Part shown: in pieces, positions 33,889 to 47,298 of the stretch | Layout: the number at the start of each line of letters is the position of its first letter | How positions within the stretch are numbered: position 1 is the first letter of the stretch | From: Vairimorpha necatrix | Lineage: Eukaryota | Assembly (NCBI GenBank): GCA_036630325.1 | Contig: CP142727.1 | Span: 1,302,001 to 1,366,000 of the forward strand | Direction: 5' to 3' | Length of the DNA stretch: 64,000 bases | The notes under the pieces: model-generated | Database searches by the model: none | The model's input: only the letters and a program-made list of their open reading frames with translations | What the model was told of the DNA's origin: nothing | Position numbers and translations under genes: made by a program

Positions 33889-35947
33889 TATAATTTATTT
33901 GGGTATAATATTCGGCTTATTAATTACTTTTCACAAGATACGCTTACAGTCTTATCTAGCAATTCCAGGACTTCCTTCTGAGATTCACTCATTGTGCTCT
34001 CGAAGACCCCTTCCTGAACTGTATCAAGCCCATGTCTGGCTGACATAGTTAGGCTTTCTAAAGTCATTTAAAGGACTCTTGGCTGTATATATGCTTCCGT
34101 TCTGGGTTCTAATCTGAGCGCTTTTATATGCGTACGGTAAAAATAGTTAACTATTCCATCCCACGTCATCACATAAGGAATAATTTTCGGTTTGTATTTG
34201 TAGAGAGAAGCCACATGATTTGCGAGCAAGTCGTATTTATGTTTCTTTTCTGTTTCTACTGCATGGAGGTTGTTAAAACTTGTGATTCTAACTTCTAAAA
34301 CGATCACTTCTTTCCTCAACTTGTCTACAATTAGTATATCAGGCTTGTTATACTATATTTTAATACTTGAATGTATCCTACTGTCGACTCGTATCTCAAC
34401 ATACTCATAACCTACACATTCCTGGACTGAATGATTTCTAATTCTTTTGGCATGGGACAGACCATACGTCTAACACAACTGCAGGTGGATGCATCGCAGT
34501 GCCTCATTGTGCCGTCTCATGTAATCATGTGAAAGCATACGATCACATTGGGTGGCAATATGATCTACTGTCTTTGCATATTCATGGCAGTGTAGGCATT
34601 TTATCTGTTTCTCTAAGAAAATATTTCAGTCTTGTAATGCACATAAATTGCCTTCCTCTCTCGGGCTTATATTTCCTTTTGTGAGCCACGTGGCAGTCTA
34701 TTTTATATCAATAAGTGGATCGTCTCTTGGTCTAAATAGCTTTAAATGGCTTGTTTTTATTTTTATATCGCTATAAAGAGATTCGGTTTGTGCCTCTATT
34801 AATATTTTAGTTGTTACGTTTTCCTTAAGTTTATATTTCTCTTTTATATTTCCTTCTATGGTGGATAGATATGTGTAATTAGTTTTCTCGGAGTGGAAAA
34901 TCGCTTTGCGTTAAAGAACAGATTCTTTCGTGCTTTCAAATTCTTTTGCTAGTTGTAAAAGCATTCCTTCACTTTTATGTTCAACGCATTGGAGCCCTCT
35001 TCCAAGTTCGGCTCTGGAGAGATATAATCTTTCTATAGTTGCAGGTTGTTGATGGACGTGATATTTAATCAATAATTCTATGATGTTGTCGTCTATGATC
35101 TTGTATTCTTCTGGTTGAGCATCTATTATTCCTATATAGTAATTTATCAGGCTTATTCCATGTTCATTGATTGCTTTAAACAAATGTTTCGCATTCAGCT
35201 TAGTCTTACATAACTTTTCGATTCTTAATAAGATGGCCTTCCATATTTTTTCCTTTGTTTCCTTCATTATCTTACCTTCGTGGCTTTCTGTAATGTCTAG
35301 ATATTTATACCCCTCATGCCCCTCTAGCAGCTTACCTTCATCTTTACACTTTATACTATTTGTAGCCGATTTTCCGCGTTGATTTCTAGACCTACAGTAT
35401 TAAAGAATTTTCTTGTCTCATCTATCATCTCTTTCAATACTTCCTCATTTTCCGCAAGTAAGTTTAAATCGTCAATAAACAACAAATGGTTAGTTACAAA
35501 AGCTTGTTCTCCCAACGGGATGCTTAACTTGGGGTATATACTATTCAATTTACGACTTAGCGGGTCTATACACAGCACAAACAATAACGGGGACAAACTA
35601 TCTCCTTGTAATATTCCTCTTCGGACCTTCTTTTTCATGATCTTCTCATCTACTTCAAATACTTCTAGATTCCACTTGCTGGACAGTATTTCTATTGTCT
35701 TACATATCCACTCTGGTAGTCCCAGAGCTTTAATGCATTTTATTAAATAGTCATGTCTTACTGAGTCGTACGCCTTCTTAACATCTATCCAGGCCGTTTT
35801 GATTTTTTAATTATATTCTCTATTCAGCATGTTATTTGTCATTGCCTGTTCTTTAGCTCCCTGCACTTTCCTCTTTGTTCCCATCTAATTATCTGCTAAT
35901 GAAAAGTTTATTTCCACTAGTTCCTGGAGTACGTATGTAATACATTT
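33889..35947 (-). mobile_element. 5'-truncated non-LTR retrotransposon with RT and a restriction-like endonuclease (R4/Dong/NeSL-type), degraded
   Basis: RT QGDSLSP, LFIDD, YRYL; C-terminal CxxC..H..C knuckle, RHN and KPDI..D....VLEV. Candidate 12-bp TSD TCGCATCGGATA at 33877-33888 and 35948-35959. Confidence 0.88.
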
Positions 35948-36629
35948 TCGCATCGGATAAATAAATATTTTTGACCAATTCGACTTTTATTTGTATATTT
36001 CGACGAACTGATTTTTTAATACTTTTGTATAAGATTTTTACGTGAGTGGAAAAGTCCGTTGACTATAAAAGAAAAATTGTAAAAATAAACTCGAAAACAT
36101 AAACAAAAAATGAATAAAATATAAATAAAATATCATCTTTAAGTAAAAAATATGGATTTTTCAAGAAATTATAAACAACAAATGCATTATCTGTTTTCAT
36201 ATTTTTGGTAGTGTTTTTTTATCGTTATTGTTATTTAAATATTTTTTTTTGTTATTCAAATCAAACACGTCATTTTAAAACAATGAAGTCAAAAACACGT
36301 TTTAAATTTCAGTCAAGCCCAAATATAAGACTTTAAAACTCCTTTTTAAGAAGTATCAAATTCTCCTCTTTATTAATAGAATAAGTTTAAAAACTCCTTT
36401 CTTTATATCGTCATAATAAACTTAGTCTAATTGTGTATTCATCATTATTTAAATGTTTTCATATTTGTTTTCTTGTCAGTAATTCATTTATAAAATAAGC
36501 AGAAGGAATAAATAGTGTATTCGTCTAAAATATCACATGTTAGACAGAGACCAAATAAAGAGTGGAAAATAAACATATATATATGTAAAAGTTTGTAAAA
36601 TATAAAACTTAATAGGGTATGCTTAGTGT

Positions 36630-38020
36630 AGTTTATACTTCTAATTTTACAAGGATAGGTTCCACGTTAGCGTCTCCTGCTTGTAGGAAGCTTCCAGCTC
36701 CAAAGTCCTTTCCACGTCGGCTTCGTCTTATCTCCTTCAGTAGTCCAGAGAGACGCTTTCTAGCTTCTTCTATAGCGTGATCATCTAGATGTACGCTTCT
36801 ACCTTCTTAAAGATTTCGAGTCTTGCGGTATAAGATTTGTAAAACATAGTCACTATACCGTCCCAAGTGATTACGTGAAAATTATTTCTGTTTTAAAGTC
36901 ATATATTAAATCCAGTACGTTCGAAAGGACACTATACTTTCTTAATTTTTTGTTTTCTACTTGCTGTAGATTTTCTTGTGAATGACTCCTAGTTCGTTTT
37001 TCTGATCAATTTGTTCTAGATATCTACTAAGACAATGTTTGGTTTACCCTATTTGATCTTTATATCTGTTTTTACCGCCGTGTCTATTCTTTTTTTTAAC
37101 ATCTTTGTTGGCAACTATCTGTTGTACTGAGTGGTTTATTAATCTCTTCTTCTGCTGCTTATATATTTTTACACAGTAGTAGGTGAATGCATTTAACCAT
37201 TTCATTATGCATTCTCAAATAATCTTGTCCTGGTATTTTTTCGAACCTTGTCGCTAGATGATCCACGGTCTTTGCTGATTTACAATGGGGGCAGTTTCCA
37301 ATCGATTTATTATATATATTTCGGTCTTGTAGTGCACATAACTTACTTATTGTCACGGTATTAGTGTTATCTACTTTAAGCCATAGTGACGAATTTTTAA
37401 TGTCGACTATTTAATTTTATTTTGTCTAAACTGTTTTTTATATTCTGTATTATTATTTATGTTGTTGTAAAGAATATTATGCTGAGCCTTCTCTAATGAT
37501 TTCTGTTCCACATTTTTAAGTTCATATTTTTCTGGTCGTATGCTTTAATTAAAAAAAAGTGAGTTTTCTATTTTTCTTGTTTTAAAAAAAAGCTCATCTT
37601 CTAGATAGATATTGATCGATTGTTTAAAGTCTCTCCTTAGAAAGGAAGCAAGCTTTACCTTTTAAATACTGCGCTAGTATGTCCTCTTCCGAGCGCATCA
37701 TTAGGCAGATATAGCCCTTCTTTGCATTCCGGTTGTGTGTGGCCTCCATGTATGTTCATTGATTTCTAAAAAAGAGTCTATCTCATCAAATATCTACTGT
37801 TCTAAATTTGGTACTCCGACATATAATTTATTATTGAGATAGCAAATCCATTAATTGATAATAAGGTGTTCTTGGCGTAAAATTTGTATTGCAATTAATC
37901 TTACTTGTGACTTGCTTTTTCCCTAATGAGTTAAATTGCACTATCACTTGGTTTGTTTTCCTTAGTTTCTAGAACTCCTAGATATTTATATTCGTCATTC
38001 TGGTCCATAATTGACATTAT
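36630..38020 (-). mobile_element. Degraded RLE non-LTR retrotransposon, diverged subfamily, 5'-truncated
   Basis: CPHCKSAKTVDHLATR...MHNEMVKCIHL; KYLG near 37980; ITWDGIV near 36860. Ends approximate. Confidence 0.75.
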
Positions 38021-39704
38021 GTAAAAGAATATTTGTATATTAACATTTTCATTTTAATAACATGCTGTTTCTCAATCTTTTTTTAATAAAAAATTGCCAT
38101 AGCTTTTTAATGTGGTAAAGATTTTGTTAATAATAACTTGCTGGTAATTTAATAATAATAGAGTATATGATTTATGGTCTAAGTTTCGTATAACTAAAAA
38201 TTTTCTTTTGACATACTTATGCTTTCCTGCATTTGCCTTTCTTATAAGCTAGATTGAGTTAACAACAGATATATTTGATTTTTTTCAGATTATAAAACTA
38301 TCTATTTTTATATTGTCATACCCACGGGGATAAGGCCTGTCTTTAAGGTATTTTTCTATTATACTTAATATATTTTTACTATTTATCTTAATTATTTTAT
38401 CATCTTTTGGCTTTTAACCTAGTCTAGACCTCTTTTGATGCATTTGATCTCTCCTCATTTTCTTCTTTCTTTTTTTTTTCACTTTTATTTAAATACTTTT
38501 GTAAAATATGATTAATGGAATTTTTTATAAAAATTAAATATCAAAAATTCTTGACATATCATCAGGCTATGACCTATATTTAATGCAAACTATCTAAATT
38601 GATAATTAAAAGGTTTTCTTTGTTAATTTATTGGTATAAATATATTTCATATAATATAAAATCAAAAAATCTGCATTTTTTTGACTGTCTTTAGAAAACA
38701 GGACTAATTTTTTGTGAAATACCAGCATAGTTTTGATGATATTAGAACTTTTCATATAGATTCATAGATTTGTCTTTGATTCAGCACTCGCGTTTTCATA
38801 TTTTAAATACGTGATTTCGTTTTTCATTTTCGATTGATTATTCCATAACGTTGACCAAAATTAAATTCATTAACAGATTATACAGCCGCTTCATGATACA
38901 AAAAGTTTTAACACTGATTTATTATATTAAAGTTTTTTTTACTATCATGTAATTCTAATTTATCATAGGTTTATTGATTTTTCCTTATTCTGTATGTTTG
39001 TTTTAATTTCATGTATTTAAAAATATCACATGTAAGTTAGAAGAGGTTTTCACCAACGAATATATGGAATATAAATGATAGTGAAGAGATTAAGGAACAT
39101 ATTTATGGTCACATTTTATGATTTTCCTACATTAAACAAAATTTTATCTTTGTTTTACGTTAAGTATGCTAATCAAATCAAAATAATTTTTGGATATACA
39201 GGCATTTTAGTGTGTGAAAATCTTTAATTAAAAAGTCAATTGTGTTTTTTGTTTGAAAATCACTTGTACTGATTAAACGACAAATGACGCACATTTATGT
39301 TAGTTGCATGAAAAAATATGAAGCTATTAAGCGTTCGACATGTATAAAATATACTTTGCAAACTTGTTTATAGCTTGAACTGCCTTTTAAACTAAACTTT
39401 CTGTAAATTCAAAAATAAAAAAAAATCGAATGTACATAGTTGGTTTAAAAGTTAACTTTACAAGCCAGCTAGCTGATAATTTAAATAATATAAAAAAACG
39501 TAGATTGTATTTAAAAGCGTCAAAATATAATATGTAAATATGTTAATTAAAAGTTTACATATTAACTGAAAATGATTGAAAACAACATGTAAAAGCCAAA
39601 GGCAGCAAATGTTTTATTTCTAAATTTCAATTAAAAATACTTTAATAAAGTCACTTTAAATATTTTTTTTTTATAGCTATATATATAACAAAAAAAATAC
39701 CCAA

Positions 39705-40385
39705 ATGATGTTTCTATTATTTTATAGTACTTGTAAACTGAGTAGAGATGTACTCGACTTGCATACAAAAACAATGGTAAAAACCAATGAGACAACTAAC
39801 AAAACAACTGTAGAATATAGTACTAATAGTTTATATCATGAAGAAACTTCAAATTATATTTATTGTAATACTACTGATTACTTTTCTAATCTAGAAAAAC
39901 TCGATTTGAGTCAAATCGAATATACATTTCTAAGAGTTGCGTCTTGGCATGTTTATAAAATTCTTAGGAAAGCAAAACCATTTAAAAAAAAGATTCGAAG
40001 AATGGTAAAGTCAAAGGTAATGAGACGGAAAATTTTTGAATTTACTAATTTTAATTTTTATGTTAACTTTTTTATTAGAAACCTTCCACAGGTACGTGAT
40101 GATGAATATCCGTATTTGTTCTTAAGATCACTAGCATTACAAAGTTATAAACTAATTTATTTATTTTCGTTTGTTATAATAGATGATGTATATTGTAGGG
40201 ACTTGTTTGATATAATGAGAAAAAAAATGATATTAAGAACTGCAGATCACTGTCCATGGAAAATAACGAAACTTTATAACGAAAAAATTTATGATTATTT
40301 AATCGAAGCATTAGAATCCGTTGTATACGAAGATGAACATATAAGAAAAAAATTTACATTATCTAAATTAAACTTCGAAAACTAA
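39705..40385 (+). CDS. ~227-aa putative secreted family member 3
   Basis: CCCAA-ATG; same family motifs; tandem paralog of 44996-45676. Confidence 0.85.
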   Translation: MMFLLFYSTCKLSRDVLDLHTKTMVKTNETTNKTTVEYSTNSLYHEETSNYIYCNTTDYFSNLEKLDLSQIEYTFLRVASWHVYKILRKAKPFKKKIRRMVKSKVMRRKIFEFTNFNFYVNFFIRNLPQVRDDEYPYLFLRSLALQSYKLIYLFSFVIIDDVYCRDLFDIMRKKMILRTADHCPWKITKLYNEKIYDYLIEALESVVYEDEHIRKKFTLSKLNFEN

Positions 40386-41944
40386 TCATACTAATTATTT
40401 TTTTACCCATTGTATATTAAATAATGTTTTAATTTATTTTTTCGCTTTTAAAATTTTAATTATATGTATGCTCCTTATCGTATGAAATATGTATAAAATA
40501 TAAATGTTAACTATTATTTACACAGAAGCAACTATATAAAATATCAAGTCACTATCAACGCTTAGTGAAGTATACGCTTTCATGATTTTTTATTGACAAG
40601 GTTGATTGAGATCTTAGATGTCGTCCTGTTTGTTATACATTTTAGAAACTTCATGCTGATATTTAGTCTACTTTTTCTGTAGGATTTATTGATTGATAAT
40701 TATCTAATCTTCGCTTCACGCAAATAATATTTTGAATCCTTATATGGTATTGTTATTATTAGCATACATAAGTTGGCATTTGTGTTGCGCCATTATTCAT
40801 TCTTGCGATGATCTTTGTGGTCGTTAGTTTTATTATACTTTTTAATTGTATTATTAACCTATTTTATTTACGTGATCTTATTTATTTTCATTACATTATT
40901 AGCTGGTACATATTAGTATGAAGGCATATATGTAAAATCACATGTTATATTGTGTTTCTATGTTGAATTTTGGGCTTTCGAATGCAAACAATTTTTTTTC
41001 GATTAGTTTTTCATCTTTTGTTCTTATATTGTAGTTTTGTAAGATATTATAGACTTTTACCTTTTTGTACTGAACGTATCTATATCAAAAGTAAAAATTA
41101 TCCGAGTATGAAATTACGTTGATGTTTCTATTCTACATGTTTAATATGAGGAAAATAATTACAAAACATATCATATTTATATTCGAAATCGAAAATGAAA
41201 ACCTCAATATTGTATTTCAATAAAAGTCCGAATATGTATATGTTCTTCCTAATACAAATTATATGATTTATATTGTATACTTTACTTAACGTACATTACA
41301 AATACAAAAACATAGTTTTTTTTTTCTGATACCTCGTTTAATAACTATCTACAATTATACATAATGACAGCCTTGCCAGATTATTAAGATATTTATCAGA
41401 CTAGATACAAAGGGTAGAAAATAGTACAAGTTAACTTTAAGATTAGTATATGGAGATATCAAAGAATTCGCTCCATGCATTAATTTTTAATGTTAAAAAA
41501 TAAGTTTTTACATCCAAAAAGATATTTTAAGGCCAAAACATACATTAGATTTATTTATTATTCATTAAATTTAAGAATCACAAAAATTGTACTGAATATA
41601 ATCTATAATGAACGAATTTTATTGGTATGTTTTCGATATTATTTACAGAAAATTAAAAAATTTCTATACGTTGAATTCGTCATTGGATAATCCTAGAAAT
41701 TATTTGTTTTTGTTGATAAAAACATAATACTGCATTTTCGTCTATTTATAAATAATTTAAAGGTAAGTACATAACATGCAATTGATATATAATGTCTGTG
41801 TTTTGATGGCAGAACAGTTATAATTAAATATGAATCAAATCTTAACTTAAATTTTTTACATGTTTTACATGGCAATTATTCTTAAATAAAATAAGTCACA
41901 ATCCTTTATTCATAGATTATAAGCACGTACTGAACCCGATATAG

Positions 41945-43530
41945 AAAATCTATTTGAGTATAATATCTTACTTACTAATTACTTTCACAATCTAGACTCA
42001 CAATTTCTTCTAAATAGTTCCCGGAGTTCCTTCAGAAATCCACATATTAAGTCCGCGAATACCCTTCCTGTTCAGTATCAAGCCCATGTTCGATTGACAT
42101 AGTTGAGCTTTCTTAAGCAATTTTAAGGACCCTTGTCTGTATATATGCTTGTGTTCTGGGTTTAAATATAAGCTTTTTATATTCGAGCGGTTATAATTAG
42201 TTACTATTCCATCCCAAGTCATCACATAAAAAATAATTTTCGGGATATATTATAGAGAGAAGCAACATGATTTTCAAGCAAGTCGATTATTGTTTCTTTT
42301 CTGTTTCTACATCATGAAGGTTATTAAAGCTTGTTTTTCTAACTTCAAAAACGATAAATTCTTTTCTCAACTTAACCACAATTATTACATCAGGCTTGTT
42401 ATAATTTATTTCGATAGATGAATGTATCCTAGCGTCAGCTTTTATCTCAAAATACTTATTAGCTACACATATGGACTAAATGATTTCTTAATTTTTTAAG
42501 CCTGGAATAATCCATACGTCTTGCATGTCTAAAGGTTTATGCATTGCAGTGCCTTATTGTGCCCTCTCATGTAATCATGTGAAAGTATACGATCACATTA
42601 GGTGGCCATACTATATACTGTCCTTGCATGTTAATGGCATTTTAGCATTTTTTCTGTTTTTCTAAAAATATGTGACGATCTTTTAATGTACATAAATTGC
42701 CTTCCTCTCTTGGGCCTATATTTTTTTTTGTAAGCCACATAACAGCCTCTTTATATCAACGAGTGGATCGTCTCGTGGTCTAGATAGCTTTGAATGGTTT
42801 TTTTTTATTTTATATAGCTATAAAGAGTTTTGGTTTAAGACTCTATTTAAGTTTTAACCGTGACGTTTTTAAAGTTTATATTTCTCTTTAATGGATCCTT
42901 CATTGGTTGATAAATATGTGTAACCAATTTCTCGGAGTTTAATTTTGCTTTGCGGCTTAGAAAAGATTTTTTTGTGCATTCAATGCCTTTGGCCAATTGT
43001 AATAACAAACTTCCAATTCTATGTTTTATGCATTGGAGCCCTCTTTTAAGTTCGGTTCTAAAAATATATAATCTTTCTTTATTAACTGTTGTTAATGGAC
43101 ATGATTTTTAGTCAATAATTTTCATATGTTGTCGTCTATGGTCTTGTATTTCTCTGGTTCGGCATCTATTATCCCTATAAAATAGTTAATTGAGCTTATT
43201 CCATGTTTATTCATTGCTTTAAATAAATGTTTTTTATTAGCTTTGTCTTACGCAGCTTTTCAATTCTTAATAAGATTTTTTTATATTCTTTTTCGTTTTC
43301 TTCATTATGTAACATCACGGATTTCTGTGATACCTAACTATTTATACCCCTCATGCCCCCCTAGCAGCTTACCTCTACTTTACACTTTTTACTATTTGTA
43401 TCTGATTTTTTCGCATTAATTTCTAGGCCTACAGTATCGAAAAATCTTTGCGTTTAATCTATCATCTCTTTCAATACTGTTTCATTTTCCGCAAGTAATT
43501 TTAGATCGTCATAAACATCAGGCGGTTTAT
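41945..43530 (-). mobile_element. Degraded 5'-truncated RLE non-LTR retrotransposon, same family as 33889-35947
   Basis: Colinear nucleotide similarity to ~33900-35490, including the 3' end TAATTACTTT(T)CACAA. Confidence 0.85.
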
Positions 43531-44995
43531 ATATGTATAAGTTTTATTTGTATATATTTACATTTTGATTAAATCAATACATTGTTTATCTATCTTTATC
43601 AATAAAAAAAATTGTTATAGCTTTTTAATATGGTACAGATTATTATTAATAACCCATTGGAAAGGTAATAATAATAGAGATATGAATTATGGTCTTAATT
43701 TCGTATAAAAAATTTTCCTTGTACTATACTAATACTTTCAAGTTTTTGACTCTCTTTAATCACTTAGATTGAGTTACCAACTGTTATACTTTGATTTAGT
43801 TTTCAGCTATTAATGTTATCTATTTTATTCTTGATGTAAAACTATCTAAACTGAAGAATTACACAAGTTTTCTATGATAATTTTTTGGTATAAATATATT
43901 TCATCGAATATAAAATCAAACAATCTGCATTTTTTGCCTGTCTTTAGATAACAGCACTAATTTTTTGTGAAATACCAGCATAGTTTTTATGCTATTAAAA
44001 ATTTTCATGTAGATTCATAGATTTGTCTTCGATTCGACAACTAGTCTTTCATATTTTAAATACATGATTTTGTTTTTCATTTGAAATTGATTATTTATTA
44101 CGTTAACTAAAATTAAATTTATTAACAGATTTGACAGCAGCTTCATGGTACAAAAAGGTTAAACATTGATTGTATTATTTTAAGTTTTTGTTTGCTATCA
44201 TGTTATTCTAATTCAACATTAATTAATTAATTTTTCCTTAATTCTGTATGAATGTTTTAATTTGCATGTATTTTAAAAATATCATATATAAGTTAGAGAG
44301 AAATTTCTATTGACGTATATATGAAATAAAATAATAGTGCTGAGATTAAGGAACATATTTATGGTCGCATTTTATGATTTTCTCTACATTAAACATAATT
44401 ATATCTCTGTTTTACGTTCAGTATGCTTATCAAATCAAAATAATTTTTGGAGATACAGGCATTTTAGTGTGTAAAAATCCTTAATTAAAAAGTCAATTGT
44501 GTTTTACGTTTGAAAATCACTTGTACTGATTAAACAACAAATGACCCACATTTATGTTAGTATGCATGAAAAAATATAAAGCTTTCATTGTTCGACATGT
44601 ATAAAATATATCTTGTAAACTTGTTTTAACCTTGAACTGCCTTTAAAACTAAACTTTCTGTAGATTTCAAAAATAAAAAAAATCGAATGTACATAATTAG
44701 TTTAAAAGTTAACTATACAAGCCAGCTAGCTGATACATTGAATAATATAAAAAAACCGTAGATTGTAATTAAAAGTGTCAAAATAAAATTTTAATTGTTA
44801 ATTAAAAGCATCAAAATATAATATTTAAATATGCTAATTAAAAGTTTACATATTAACTGAAAATGATTGAAAACAACATGTAAAAGCCAAAGGCAGTAAA
44901 CTTTGTATTTCTAAATTTCAATTAAAAATACTTAAATAAAGTCACTTTAAATATTTTTTTTATAGCTATATATATAACAAAAAAAATTAACCCAA

Positions 44996-45676
44996 ATGAT
45001 GTTTCTATTATTTTATAGTACTTGTAAACTGAGTAGAGATGTACTCGACTTGCATACAAAAACAATGGTAAAAACCAATGAATCAAAAAACAATCAAACT
45101 GTCGAATACAATGCTAAAAGTTCATATCTCGAAGAAATTTCAAATCATACCTTTTGTCTTACTACTGAATACTTTTCTAACGTAGAAGTACTTGATTTAA
45201 GTTTAATTGAATTTAGAAAAGTAAGAATCGCGTCTTGGCATGTTTATCATATCTTTAGAGATGCGAGACCATTTAAAAAAAAGATTCAAAGGATGGTTCA
45301 GTCAAAGACATTGAGACGAAAAATTTTTAATTTTGATAATTTTTATTTTTATGTATTACATTTTATAAGAAACCTCGAACAGGAGAATGATGAAGAATAT
45401 CCGTATTTGTTCCTAAAATCATTAGCATTTAAGTGTTATAGGCTAATCTATATACTTTCTTTTTTTGATTTAGATTATGAATACAATAAATTATTGCTTG
45501 ATAAATTGAGAACAAAAATAAAATTAAGAACTAAACGCTTCTGTCCATGGGAAATAACGAATATTTTTAGCGAAAATATTTATGATCTTTTAATCTGGAC
45601 ATTAGAATCCATTGTCGATGAAGATGACGAAGTAAGAAAAAAATTTACTTTTTCAAAAATTACTCTTGAAATCTAA
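44996..45676 (+). CDS. ~227-aa putative secreted family member 4
   Basis: First 29 residues identical to 39705-40385; same motifs. Confidence 0.85.
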   Translation: MMFLLFYSTCKLSRDVLDLHTKTMVKTNESKNNQTVEYNAKSSYLEEISNHTFCLTTEYFSNVEVLDLSLIEFRKVRIASWHVYHIFRDARPFKKKIQRMVQSKTLRRKIFNFDNFYFYVLHFIRNLEQENDEEYPYLFLKSLAFKCYRLIYILSFFDLDYEYNKLLLDKLRTKIKLRTKRFCPWEITNIFSENIYDLLIWTLESIVDEDDEVRKKFTFSKITLEI

Positions 45677-47298
45677 TCATTCTTCATTAGTTTTTTACCC
45701 ACTGTATATTAAATTATTTTGATTTTATTGTTATTAAAATGTTCACTATATGTATGCCTGCTTATTGTATAATAAATACGTATTAAAATGTCATAAAAAA
45801 ATAAAAGATTTGAACAAAAACAACTTTATTAAAATATCTAAGCTACTTTAAAGGCCTTTTGCTTTTTACTCTTTCACGAGTTTTTATTGACATGACTGGT
45901 AGATTATAGATGCCGTCCTATTTGTTGTATATTTCTAAAAAATTCATGCTAAATTTCTAGTCTACTTTTTCAATAGGATCTATTGATCGACTAGTATCTA
46001 TACTTCAATTCACATTAATAATTTTTGTATACTTGAGCAAAAAGGTCATTTTTAGAATACATATGTGGTTATGTGTGGTGGTACTCCTCATTCGTTCTAA
46101 TTTCTTTGTATTTGCTTGTTATTATACTGTCAAATTGTATTTTTAGCATATTTTATTTGATTATCTCATTTTATTTCTTTCTACCAATAACTAGGACGTA
46201 TTTGTATGAAAAAATATTGTAACATTACATGTTATAGTGTGTTTCTATGCTACACATCGATACCTCATATTGCACACCTTTTCTTTATTTGATAGTTTTT
46301 CAATTAAAGTTCATATATTTTAGTTTCGTAAAATAATATTGTGTTAATTTTTTTACAACACGTATTATTATCCTAAGTGATAATTATCTGCTTATGAAAA
46401 ATAAATTTATGTTTCTATTAAAATTTTTAATGTGAAAGTTAAATAAAAAACATAACATATTTATATCCGAAATTTAAAATAAAAACCTTAATATTGTAAA
46501 GCAATAAGAGGTTGACTTTTGTATTTGTCTAATTAATGCTAATTTTATGATTTAAATCTAATAACTTACTTTATTCGCATATAACAAATAAAAAAGGCTT
46601 AAAATTTTTCTGATACATTGTTTAATTATGCATCTACAATTATAGGTAATGGCACACTTGACAGATTATTTAAGATATTTATTAGAGTAGATACAAAAGG
46701 TAAAAAAGAACAAGTCAACTTATAAGATCTCTATTTAGCGATCTCATAAAATAAGCCCGTAGATAAATTTTTACCTTAAACATACGTTATTACTTGCAGA
46801 TTGACGCATATACGGAAAAAAATATTCTTGATTTGTTTATAACCTCATAAATCGAATGATCACAAAAAGTGTACTGAAATAGCATATATTATATAAATTT
46901 TTTTGAGATGATTTTTAATAATGATTTAGAAAATTTTCTATACGTTGATTGAGTTTTTTTATAGTCAGAGTATTGTTTGTTTTTGTTTATGATAATATAA
47001 TACCGCATCTTTGTCTATTTATAAATTATCGAAAGGTAAATACACAACATTATCGAAATCGGTATATATTGTTTTATACCGATGGCAGAACAGTTTCAAT
47101 AACTATAATTAATTTTAATATAAACCTTTGCAAGGTATGACTGGCATGAAATTTTTTTATATATAAGTACACAATATTTTTATTCGTAGATCATAAGCAC
47201 GTACTGACCATGATTAATAAAAATGTTTTATTTCGTTCAAAATTTAGAGCTAAATGTTTATATTTTCTTTCTTTATATTCTTAATACTCCATTATATA

